DNA of 49,579 bases. Source: Pseudomonadota bacterium. Lineage in GTDB: Bacteria; Bdellovibrionota; Bdellovibrionia; Bdellovibrionales; SG-bin7. Positions 30,256 to 38,706 of this stretch are shown here, one piece after another. The notes under the pieces are model-generated. The model was not told the origin of the DNA and made no database searches. It saw only the letters and a list, made by a program, of their open reading frames with translations. The position numbers were made by a program, and so were the translations under genes. Each line of letters starts with the position of its first letter. Positions within the stretch are counted from its first letter, which is position 1. Location: positions 1 to 49,579 of the forward strand of contig JAWXAY010000072.1 of the NCBI GenBank assembly GCA_034439715.1, written 5' to 3'.

Positions 30256-31307
30256 CGCGCGGTCAGAGGTTCAAAGTCGACAGAAATAATGGCCCCTTCG
30301 TTGGGAATATTTGTGCCATGAAATGTAATAGAGTTATTTTCGGGATTATAGGTCCAGCCATCGATGGATGATTCGGGCACGTGACGGCCACTGACAGTTA
30401 TGACTATTGTTTCTACTCGCGGAACTCTATTCAAAAAAAACTGATTTGCGAGTTCAATAATTCGGCCAGAAATTTTGTTAAGTTCCGTTGCAAAATTTCC
30501 GCATAGTGAGGCCTTTGTGCCGCCAGTTTTGTTTACCAAATCTATGTAACGAAGGCCAATTTTTTGGCCTGAGCTACCGGCATGAAGAATGTCAAAACAC
30601 GCCTGATCTAAGATAGAGATCGCAGACACTGAATAATTGCGTTTTAGAGCGGTGCTGAAAGTGAAAGAGTCCAAAAATGAAATGTATTTATCAATCGTGT
30701 GTAATGCCGGATTTGAATACTGTCCTCCTATTGCCTCTCTGCCATCGTGCGAGAAGTCATCTTCATCGCTTACTATAATTACCGAGAGAATGCCCTCTTG
30801 GCGCAAGAAGCCGCTATTGAATGGATTAATTAAGGTTTCCTTAATGCTTTGAAAAGCTCGCTCGTCGCCTGCTCCAGCTATCCCTTGGTTAATATTTTTG
30901 ATGAATACGTCTTTCATGTTTGGCGTATTATTATCGATGATAGGTATACCACTGTGACCGGTGGCATCGCTGCCGTCACGAAATTTTGATTGGGTTAAGT
31001 TTCCAGAAAATTGTGAAAGGTAGGCATCCGTAGTAGTAAAGGCCATGCGAAATTGCATACCTCTATTAATAAATCCATCAATAAAAGAGTTAAAGTTGTT
31101 AGCGATATTAGATTGAGAAGATTGCATGGACTGGGAATTGTCGATAACCCAAAGTATATCGACTGTTTTGCTATGGCTACTGGAATTCTGCTGAAACACG
31201 TTTTTCTCAGGCGCCAAAGAAAATTTGGGGCTCGAGCACGCCGAGAGGCATAACGTCCCAAGGTAAGATCCGATATAAAGAGTAAGAAGTGCTAAACGTG
31301 TTCTCAT
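30252..31307 (-). CDS. vWA-domain lipoprotein (CglB-like)
   Basis: Lipobox LSAC; MIDAS VDILWVIDNSQSM; TTTD; VSDEDD; C-terminal GWTY...SITFHG Ig-like segment. Confidence 0.75.
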   Translation of the reverse strand: MRTRLALLTLYIGSYLGTLCLSACSSPKFSLAPEKNVFQQNSSSHSKTVDILWVIDNSQSMQSSQSNIANNFNSFIDGFINRGMQFRMAFTTTDAYLSQFSGNLTQSKFRDGSDATGHSGIPIIDNNTPNMKDVFIKNINQGIAGAGDERAFQSIKETLINPFNSGFLRQEGILSVIIVSDEDDFSHDGREAIGGQYSNPALHTIDKYISFLDSFTFSTALKRNYSVSAISILDQACFDILHAGSSGQKIGLRYIDLVNKTGGTKASLCGNFATELNKISGRIIELANQFFLNRVPRVETIVITVSGRHVPESSIDGWTYNPENNSITFHGTNIPNEGAIISVDFEPLTAR

Positions 31308-31719
31308 ACCTTAATTTTAAAGACTCTAGCGCAGTAAGATACGAAGCGCTCCATGTCAGTTAAATTTTTGAGGAATTCGCTCTTTTAAATAAAATGAGAC
31401 GTGTTAAGTGGTTTGATTACCTTACCTATAAAAAAAATGGGAACTAAAAATAAAGATTTAATGGCAATTGCGTATACAAAATATTGTCCAATTTTTTATT
31501 ATCTCAAAAACTTTCCTAATTTTTGGCGAAGGTCTAGCCAGTTTTTGCTCTTCCATTAAAATCTGTTATAGGTGGTGTAGGCTTCTGCGCTTAAAGCTGA
31601 AATGCTGTCTCAAATTGAGAGCGTTAATGGCTAAAAGTCGGCGCCTGGTCCAGAACCCTTGAGTTTTGAGCAAATAAGAGAGAAAATAAGATAAGTAAGC
31701 AGACAAGCCTGAGAGGTAA

Positions 31720-32244
31720 ATCAAAAATAAATCATTAGTTGGAGCATTAGTTTTAAACTGCGGTTACGAACCAATCAAAATCGTAAATTGGCAAAAGGCC
31801 ATTATTCTGTGGTTGCAAGGTAAAGTTGATGTCCTGGAATTCCACTTCACGACGGTCAGTAGTCCCTCTGTATCATTCAAACTCCCTAGCGTCTTGAGAC
31901 TTAAACAATATGTACGTCCCTATTTTTCATTAAAGGTACGCCTCAGTCGCCAAAATATTTTTTTGCGGGATGATTATCAATGTCAATATTGTGGAGACAT
32001 ATTGAACGAGCGTAAATTAACCATTGACCACATTTTGCCGTTATCTAAAGGTGGCGGGCACGAGTGGAACAATGTCGTTGCGGCTTGCTCAAGGTGTAAT
32101 AATAAGAAGGCCGACCGCACTCTCGAACAGGCAAGACTCAGGTTACTAAAAATGCCCGTTAAACCGACGTGGCTGCCAGTCAGAGACATAGGATTAGGTT
32201 CCTCTAACTTCCCCACCTCTTGGAAATCTTACATCGGACTTTAA
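31720..32244 (+). CDS. HNH endonuclease (McrA-like, small stand-alone)
   Basis: RDDYQCQYCG, TIDHILPLSKGG, WNNVVAACSRCNNKK. The conserved N-terminus ALVLNCGYEP is in frame upstream of TTG 31813; probable start is ATC 31720. Confidence 0.88.
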   Translation: MKNKSLVGALVLNCGYEPIKIVNWQKAIILWLQGKVDVLEFHFTTVSSPSVSFKLPSVLRLKQYVRPYFSLKVRLSRQNIFLRDDYQCQYCGDILNERKLTIDHILPLSKGGGHEWNNVVAACSRCNNKKADRTLEQARLRLLKMPVKPTWLPVRDIGLGSSNFPTSWKSYIGL

Positions 32245-32291
32245 CCCTTCCTTAACATTGCTGTATCAAATTGAGAAAGGTGTTTTTAGTG

Positions 32292-32318
32292 TTTAGCGTT
32301 ACGACAAAAGTCCGATAA
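32292..32318 (+). promoter_or_regulatory. Sigma28-type promoter for 32343-33602
   Basis: TTTAGCGT-N11-TCCGATAA. Confidence 0.55.
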
Positions 32319-32342
32319 GTACACTAGTGCATGTAACTTAGG

Positions 32343-33602
32343 TTGGGGAATAATAGATTGGATAAAGCAAAGCCTAAGATTCTAATTATTGCGGACAATG
32401 TTTCGCTGCTCGAAAAGGCCTGCGAGTTCTTAATTCGCCGTGGTTGGCAGGCGACTTGTATTGGGGGTCTGCGCACAGGTTTAGACTTTATAGCGAAAGA
32501 ACAACCTACTCACGTGCTCATCAGCGTAAATCTGCCCCTATTGTCTATTTCTAAATTTGCCAGTCTTGGTGAAGAGCTCAAAAATAAGTACGGAATCACA
32601 CTAGTGGCATTTGGCGAAAAAGAAGATGCCTACACCATGAGATCCGTAACGACTTGCGGATTAAAGTATTTTGTTTTTCCGCCAGTAACGGGCGCGCTAC
32701 TTCATATAAAACTCAAAAAATTGTTAATGCTTGAAGATGATCATAAAAAACAAAAAGATTCTACTTTTATTACTGATCGCAAAAGTAACCTCGTGAGTTC
32801 ATTAGATCTGAAGAGCTTCGCAGAATCCAGTTCCGCTCCAGGTAAATATCTACCCGAAGATATCATTAAAAATAGGCGCATTAGAAAATCTCAGGACGCA
32901 AGGCTTACTACAAGTGAAATTCGCAGTCGCAGATTACCGAGCGATATTGAAATAGTTTCCGAGCCAACTTTTAGAGGGCAGTGCATCGGTTTTAATGACG
33001 AGAATGTCGCAACCATTGATGAGGTCGAAGAGATTGGGGTTATGACGATTACAAGTGATGCTATGACCGGGTATGTAGTATTGGCGAGAGGGTCAAAAGA
33101 TACCACTGAAATGAAGAAGCTCTTAAGAAATTTTGGAGATGATTTGATTTATCGCTTAAAAAGTCGTGGAATTACTTTGGCTAACATACATTTTATGAGT
33201 TTAAAAGTGAATCGTGTTAAGTTTGAAAAGTGGACACGAGAGTGTGCGCAGTTTTGCTTTGTCTCGGAACACATGGGCAGCGAAACAGCGGTTGCTTTTA
33301 TCCCCCATACCGATAGTTTGCCAATCATCGAAGTATCAAAAGAGCATCCCGGTAATCTTATCATTCGATTTGAGGACCTCATCGCCAACAGCGAAATAGA
33401 TTTTGACGTACATATCTATCTAGAGAAAAATGCTAGAACGTTTATCTATGTCAAGAAGGGAAGCGTTTTTACTCGCGAGAGACTCGAAAAGGTCCGCGAA
33501 ACTAAATCGCCGCTCTTTATAGAAAATCGCGAAGAAACAGATTTTAGAGCCTACCATGCCAGCGTGAGACTTAATCAGTCCATCCAATTTCTACCCAGCT
33601 AG
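32343..33602 (+). CDS. Hypothetical protein: degenerate receiver N-terminus plus a C-terminal domain shared with the HD-GYP paralogues
   Basis: KILIIADN...HVLISVNLP receiver-like segment without phospho-Asp; C-terminal IDFDVHIYLEKN...KKG motif. Confidence 0.7.
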   Translation: MGNNRLDKAKPKILIIADNVSLLEKACEFLIRRGWQATCIGGLRTGLDFIAKEQPTHVLISVNLPLLSISKFASLGEELKNKYGITLVAFGEKEDAYTMRSVTTCGLKYFVFPPVTGALLHIKLKKLLMLEDDHKKQKDSTFITDRKSNLVSSLDLKSFAESSSAPGKYLPEDIIKNRRIRKSQDARLTTSEIRSRRLPSDIEIVSEPTFRGQCIGFNDENVATIDEVEEIGVMTITSDAMTGYVVLARGSKDTTEMKKLLRNFGDDLIYRLKSRGITLANIHFMSLKVNRVKFEKWTRECAQFCFVSEHMGSETAVAFIPHTDSLPIIEVSKEHPGNLIIRFEDLIANSEIDFDVHIYLEKNARTFIYVKKGSVFTRERLEKVRETKSPLFIENREETDFRAYHASVRLNQSIQFLPS

Positions 33603-34660
33603 GTTCTTGCGGAATGCACGACACGCTGTGGGAAGGGGATTTCAATATTTTCGCTATTAAAACGAACATGAAGGGCCTTAATAAACTCATGAATCAATAA
33701 TTGTTGATCAGTGCGGTGATGCGCTCTTAGTACCACATTAAAATTGATGCTTGAGTCGGCAAAGGAGTTATAGCGAATAACGGGTGTGAAGCTACTATCT
33801 CCACCTGGGATTTGTTTTAAGATTTGGTCCGCAACTTCGACAGTCACGCGCTCTACTTTCTGTAGATCGCACCCATAGGAAACTCCGAGAGGTACAAGCA
33901 CCATGGTATCTTTTAACGGAAGATCGTAATTAGTCAGTTGGCTCGATGCCACTTTAGAATTGGGAATCACCACAAGGTTTTCGGTGATCATTTCAATCTG
34001 AGTACTTCGCCAACCCACTTTTCGCACAAAGCCTTCAGTACCATCTTCTAATTTAATAAAGTCACCAATTCTGATGGGACGGTCCACGAGTAAATATAAT
34101 CCGCTAAAAAAATTATTAAGGGTATCTTGCATGGCTAGCGCTACAGCAAGGGATCCTATGCCGAGAGAAGCTAAAATAGGGGTAATTGAAATACCTAAAG
34201 TATCGAGGACAACTAAGACCGATGTGGACAAAAACGTCAGTCGAGTAATAGCAAGAATCAATACCCGTGTGCTGTGGGAGAGGGTCATCGGTAAAAAATC
34301 GGAACGAATAAGCGCCGAGAATACTCGGTCTAAAATCCACACACCAATTAGTATCAATCCTATTTTAGTGCCAAAGCGACAAAAAGGGTGAGAGCGCAAA
34401 ACCACTGGTGCTGTTTGCAAAGAAACAGATACGGCTAACGCTATTGCCAAAATGCGAGTAGGACTGTGTACGGCATCGAGAACGAGGTCATCCCAAGTGG
34501 CGTTCGTGTGGCTAGCAAACTGTCTTACTCGTTTCCAAAAAAAACGATGTAAGAATAGCAACAGCGGGAATAAAAATAAAAAGATGACAATCGGAATCAG
34601 CCAAATCTTCAGTTGTTCGCCACTTCCAGTAGAAAAAAACACTCTTAAATTTTCGGGCAT
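33599..34660 (-). CDS. mscS: Small-conductance mechanosensitive channel family protein
   Basis: LASLGIGSLAVALAMQDTLNNFFSG, RPIRIGDFI, GWRST, IPNS, IEIPFPQR. Confidence 0.93.
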   Translation of the reverse strand: MPENLRVFFSTGSGEQLKIWLIPIVIFLFLFPLLLFLHRFFWKRVRQFASHTNATWDDLVLDAVHSPTRILAIALAVSVSLQTAPVVLRSHPFCRFGTKIGLILIGVWILDRVFSALIRSDFLPMTLSHSTRVLILAITRLTFLSTSVLVVLDTLGISITPILASLGIGSLAVALAMQDTLNNFFSGLYLLVDRPIRIGDFIKLEDGTEGFVRKVGWRSTQIEMITENLVVIPNSKVASSQLTNYDLPLKDTMVLVPLGVSYGCDLQKVERVTVEVADQILKQIPGGDSSFTPVIRYNSFADSSINFNVVLRAHHRTDQQLLIHEFIKALHVRFNSENIEIPFPQRVVHSART

Positions 34661-34707
34661 ATAACAATAGTGAAATCAGGCGGCGCTTTTGTCCAGTATA
34701 TTTGTCT

Positions 34708-36504
34708 TTAAGACGAAGGTCGAGTAAGCTCTGCCCAACGCTCATACTTTTTTTCGATTTGTATTTGTAGGTTGGCGATCTCTTTATGTATTTCTGTGAG
34801 TTTTGAGGCATTCGATAAAAGAGTGGGGTCTTCACTGTCCTTGAGGTAGCCGGCCAAGGTCTCTTCCAGTTTTAAAATTTCGGGCTCTAAGTTTTCAAGC
34901 TCAAACTTTTCTTTGAAAGAAAGCCGTACTTTTTGGTTTGAGGTATTTGTTTTACTCGTAACTAACGGTTGTTCGGCTTTGTCTTTTTCTTCGAGATACC
35001 AAGCTTCCCATTGGTGATAATCGGCAAAAGTGATAAGTTCACGAGACTGCCGTCCTTTTAACGGAAAACCCAATATTTTATTAGATACGGCATCCATGAA
35101 ATAGCGATCATGCGTGACGAGAATCACCGCGCCTGGAAAATCGCGCAGGGCATCCTCTAAAATACTGAGTGTTTCAATGTCGAGATCGTTGGTGGGTTCA
35201 TCGAGCACTAAAACGTTGGCATCTTGAAGCATAAGTTGGGCAATGCGCAGTCGTGCTTGCTCGCCACCTGAAAGTCGTTCGACAGTGAGATTGGCACGAT
35301 CACCATAAAATAAAAAACGATCGAGGTAACTACGAACATGAAGCTTGCTTCCTCGGTAATCGACAAAATCTCCTTCAGCGCAAAGGTTTCTTAAAACCGT
35401 TTTTTTATAATCTAGCGTTTGTCGATTTTGTTCAAAGTATGCCGCTCTCATCGCTTCAGCATGTTTAATAGATCCCGCATCCGGCTGCTCAAGACCCAAT
35501 AATAAGCGTATCAAGGTTGATTTTCCAGCGCCATTATCGCCCATAAGTGCGAGCCGAGTTTTAGGACCCACGAGCAAATCGATTTTGGAAAATAAAGCTT
35601 GTCCATTATAGGATTTAGTAATTCCGCTTGCTTCGATAAGTTTTTTAGGCGATTTAAAATTATCACCGAACTCAATGCCTACTTGGTGTTGCTGATTACG
35701 TTGGCGAAGTTCTTCAACGGTTTCGGCGAGCGCATGTGCACCTTCAATCCGAGCTTTCTGTTTGGTTTGCCGGGCCTTGGCGCCTCGACGTAGCCACTCA
35801 GTTTCGCGGCGGAGTGTATTTTTTAAGACTTTTTCATGCCGTTGGCTCGCCGCTATCAAAAGTTCTTTGGCTTCGAGGTATTGAATATAACTGCCATCAA
35901 TATTGAGAAGATAATGTGTGTTCTGTGGACTTAAATCCATAATACGAGTGGCCACTCTTTGTAAAAACAGGCGATCATGAGTGATCATTAGTACAGAAAA
36001 AGGAGCGGACTTTAAGAAGTCCTCAAGCCATAAAATACTTGTCACATCCAAATGGTTTGTCGGCTCATCTAGAAAAAGCAATTCTGGTTGCAGTAGCAGT
36101 TCTCGCGCCAATGCCACGCGTTTTTGCCATCCTCCAGAGAGCTCCTGCACCAAAAAGTCTTCGCCAAAAGAAATCAAATCAAATCTCGCCATCAACTCGT
36201 AGGCATAACCTAAGTGTTCATCATGATCTTTGGATTTTGACAGGACTGTTGATAATATGGTGGCCCTGGATTCAAACTGTGGCGTCTGTTCCAAAAAACC
36301 AATTTTTAGTCCCTTTTTGCATGTAATCTGTCCCTCATCAGGTTCAATTTTGCCAGCTAATATTTTTAGCAACGTTGTTTTACCAGCGCCATTAGGCCCA
36401 ACAAGTCCCACCCGTTCTTTGTCTTCAAGACCAAAACTCACATTTTTAAACAGAATTCGGCTGGCATAGGATTTTTCAACTTGGTTGGCACTGAGAAGTA
36501 ACAT
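34708..36504 (-). CDS. uup: ABC-F ATPase Uup-like
   Basis: Two NBDs (GPNGAGKTT/LSGG/DEPTNHLD and GDNGAGKST/LSGGE/DEPTNDLD), EWLRRGAKARQTKQKAR linker, RLSFKEK...YERWAEL C-terminal domain. Likely ATG 36504. Confidence 0.92.
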   Translation of the reverse strand: MLLLSANQVEKSYASRILFKNVSFGLEDKERVGLVGPNGAGKTTLLKILAGKIEPDEGQITCKKGLKIGFLEQTPQFESRATILSTVLSKSKDHDEHLGYAYELMARFDLISFGEDFLVQELSGGWQKRVALARELLLQPELLFLDEPTNHLDVTSILWLEDFLKSAPFSVLMITHDRLFLQRVATRIMDLSPQNTHYLLNIDGSYIQYLEAKELLIAASQRHEKVLKNTLRRETEWLRRGAKARQTKQKARIEGAHALAETVEELRQRNQQHQVGIEFGDNFKSPKKLIEASGITKSYNGQALFSKIDLLVGPKTRLALMGDNGAGKSTLIRLLLGLEQPDAGSIKHAEAMRAAYFEQNRQTLDYKKTVLRNLCAEGDFVDYRGSKLHVRSYLDRFLFYGDRANLTVERLSGGEQARLRIAQLMLQDANVLVLDEPTNDLDIETLSILEDALRDFPGAVILVTHDRYFMDAVSNKILGFPLKGRQSRELITFADYHQWEAWYLEEKDKAEQPLVTSKTNTSNQKVRLSFKEKFELENLEPEILKLEETLAGYLKDSEDPTLLSNASKLTEIHKEIANLQIQIEKKYERWAELTRPSS

Positions 36505-36535
36505 AGGGTAGGAATATACATGGGTATTCCACATT

Positions 36536-37534
36536 ATGAAAGAAGTTAGTTTTTACGACCTTGATCCAAATCTCGTGCTACACACTGTCGAGCAAGCAGG
36601 TTTTATTCCTACCGGCCAATACTGGCAGCTTAATTCTTATGAAAACCGCGTATTCGATGTGATGTTGGAGAAAACCGCCGAGAATAAGGCGACGCCAAAA
36701 ACGGGACCAGAAGCAGATCGCATTATCATAAAGTTTTATCGACCTGGGCGTTGGAGTAAAGAGTGCATTCTTGAGGAGCATGAGTTTTTACATGATCTAA
36801 AGTCTGAAGGAGTGTTGGCGGTGGCGCCACTCCGCTTTCCTAATAAAAAATCAATTCACGAAGTGCAAGGTATGTTAGTTGCAATGTTTCCGCGAGTTGT
36901 GGGTCGTATGCCACAAGAATTCTTAAAAGGTGAACTGCAGCGCGTGGGTCGAACGCTCGCAAGAATCCACAATGTAGGTGCGCAAAAGAAGGTAAAATAT
37001 CGACCCAATTGGAAAATGCCTTTGAGATGTGAAGAGAGCTTAAATGTTTTGGAGGGCTGGGTTGAGCCTACACTATGGCCACGCTATTTGGCTGCCGCGA
37101 GCGAAATTGAAAGTTTCTTAACTGAACATTTAAACCCCAAACGTTTTGTACGTATTCATGGTGATTGCCATAAGGGCAACCTACTTCAGTTTAGCGAAGA
37201 TTTTATGTTTATTGATTTTGATGATTTTGGTGAAGGTCCCGAAGCACAGGATTTTTGGATGGTGTTGACTGGCGATGACGATACCTTTGATGATGAGTTT
37301 GACGAAATTTTGGCTGGCTATGAGGAGTTGCGAGAGTTTGATCGTTCACAGATAGAACTTTTTGGGCCCCTTCGTGGTCTTAGAATTATTAATTATGCAG
37401 CGTGGATTGCCAATCGGTGGAAAGATCCTTCATTCCCTCTGTTATTTCCGAATTATAATACCTATCAATATTGGTCCGAAGAAATTGACAGCCTCGAAAA
37501 AATAGCGGGCGATATTAATGAGGGTTTTGACTAG
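36536..37534 (+). CDS. srkA: Stress-response Ser/Thr kinase SrkA (YihE/RdoA)
   Basis: LNSYENRV, KFYRPGRWS, EEHEF, RIHGDCHKGN, IDFDD, WIANRWKDPSFP. Confidence 0.95.
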   Translation: MKEVSFYDLDPNLVLHTVEQAGFIPTGQYWQLNSYENRVFDVMLEKTAENKATPKTGPEADRIIIKFYRPGRWSKECILEEHEFLHDLKSEGVLAVAPLRFPNKKSIHEVQGMLVAMFPRVVGRMPQEFLKGELQRVGRTLARIHNVGAQKKVKYRPNWKMPLRCEESLNVLEGWVEPTLWPRYLAAASEIESFLTEHLNPKRFVRIHGDCHKGNLLQFSEDFMFIDFDDFGEGPEAQDFWMVLTGDDDTFDDEFDEILAGYEELREFDRSQIELFGPLRGLRIINYAAWIANRWKDPSFPLLFPNYNTYQYWSEEIDSLEKIAGDINEGFD

Positions 37535-37904
37535 GGGATGGTTGGGTTATTTTTCCGCAGTGAACCAAGGGCTTTTCATTAATAGGGCCATCCTTACAAT
37601 ATTCGCTCACTGCCTCGGCGTACGCTGAGCAAATAATTTTATTTTCGTGAGGTAAGCTTTTGGCTTGTATAAAATGACATTGCTGATTTCGTTGATCATC
37701 GCCAGCGCAGGCCACGCAAGCCTTCCAAGTGGCGCTTTTCTCGGCCGCCGTGCAGGTTTTGTCCATGTCTCCGTTGAAGTCTTCTAAATATTCAAAGTCT
37801 TCAGAGAAATACGAAAGGGGTTTACAGTCCTTGCCGAATGAGCAAGTAGGAAGAAAAACCACTAAAGAAAAGATTGAAGATAAAACCAAATTATAAAATT
37901 TCAT
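37515..37904 (-). CDS. Small secreted cysteine-rich hypothetical protein
   Basis: Signal peptide; 8 Cys in the predicted mature part. Confidence 0.6.
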   Translation of the reverse strand: MKFYNLVLSSIFSLVVFLPTCSFGKDCKPLSYFSEDFEYLEDFNGDMDKTCTAAEKSATWKACVACAGDDQRNQQCHFIQAKSLPHENKIICSAYAEAVSEYCKDGPINEKPLVHCGKITQPSPSQNPH

Positions 37905-37968
37905 ATCCCAGTTTTACAGGTTCATAAATATATGGCAAGCACTTACTTAACGGTATAAAGTACCACCT

Positions 37969-38394
37969 ATGAACAAACTCCGAAAAGGTGTGGTAGGCGT
38001 CATTATTAACACTCAAGATCAAGTGCTTTTATTTGAGCGCTCTGATCGGCCAAATTCTTGGCAGTTTCCTCAGGGCGGATTAAAAGATTTAGAGACTCCC
38101 GAAGAGGCTCTCTACCGGGAGTTGCTCGAAGAAATTGGCACTAACAAATGTAATATTTTAAAAAAAAGTCGGGCTACGACGGTCTATCATTGGCCCAAGC
38201 GTTCGGGTAAACATTTAGGACAAGAGCATATTTGGTTTTTGTGCTCACTTCAAGCGGGCGAGGTACCTAATTTAAAAGTTTCTGATGGAAGTTTTGTGTC
38301 TTTTTATTGGGACACTCCTCAAAACGCGATTAAAAAAGTCATCGACTGGAAGCGTCCCTCTTACGAACGGGGTCTTAAAGAACTTGGCCTGTAG
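37969..38394 (+). CDS. rppH: Nudix hydrolase, RNA pyrophosphohydrolase RppH-like
   Basis: WQFPQGG...ETPEEALYRELLEEIG Nudix box; GQEHIWF; WKRPSY. Confidence 0.85.
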   Translation: MNKLRKGVVGVIINTQDQVLLFERSDRPNSWQFPQGGLKDLETPEEALYRELLEEIGTNKCNILKKSRATTVYHWPKRSGKHLGQEHIWFLCSLQAGEVPNLKVSDGSFVSFYWDTPQNAIKKVIDWKRPSYERGLKELGL

Positions 38395-38398
38395 TTGA

Positions 38399-38659
38399 CT
38401 AGCCCTTTACCTGAATGCCTTTTGCGCTCAGCGTGGCACGAATGATTTCGCGTTTATCGCCTTGAATTTCAATCACTCCCTCTTTTTGATCCGTAATGTA
38501 AGTGCCGCCCGAACCACATTTTTTTTTAAGTTCGGTACAAAGTTCCTTAAGATAAATTTCAATTTTGGGAAGTCCATTTAATACCGTGACGGTCTTGCCT
38601 GCACGGCCCGATTTTTCAATCTGCAACTTAACTATAAAGTTATTAGATTTTACCAACAT
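38399..38659 (-). CDS. yciH: SUI1/YciH translation initiation factor homologue
   Basis: EKSGRAGKTVTV, LKKKCGSGG, IEIQGD. Confidence 0.92.
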   Translation of the reverse strand: MLVKSNNFIVKLQIEKSGRAGKTVTVLNGLPKIEIYLKELCTELKKKCGSGGTYITDQKEGVIEIQGDKREIIRATLSAKGIQVKG

Positions 38660-38666
38660 ATGAAAA

Positions 38667-38694
38667 GCCTATTTAAATTAGCGATTAAATAGGC
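38667..38694 (-). terminator. Intrinsic terminator downstream of the beta-barrel gene
   Basis: Perfect 10-bp stem GCCTATTTAA-N8-TTAAATAGGC followed by TTTT on the minus strand. Confidence 0.65.
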
Positions 38695-38706
38695 CCCTTA
38701 AGGTGA

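Noticed and set aside
31468..31662. 64-aa intergenic ORF
   Set aside because: TTG start without an SD, no motif, and it overlaps putative regulatory dyads
31720..32244. HNH as IscB/Cas9-like or part of a defence system
   Set aside because: Only about 175 aa, with no RuvC, bridge helix, repeats, methylase or other defence neighbours
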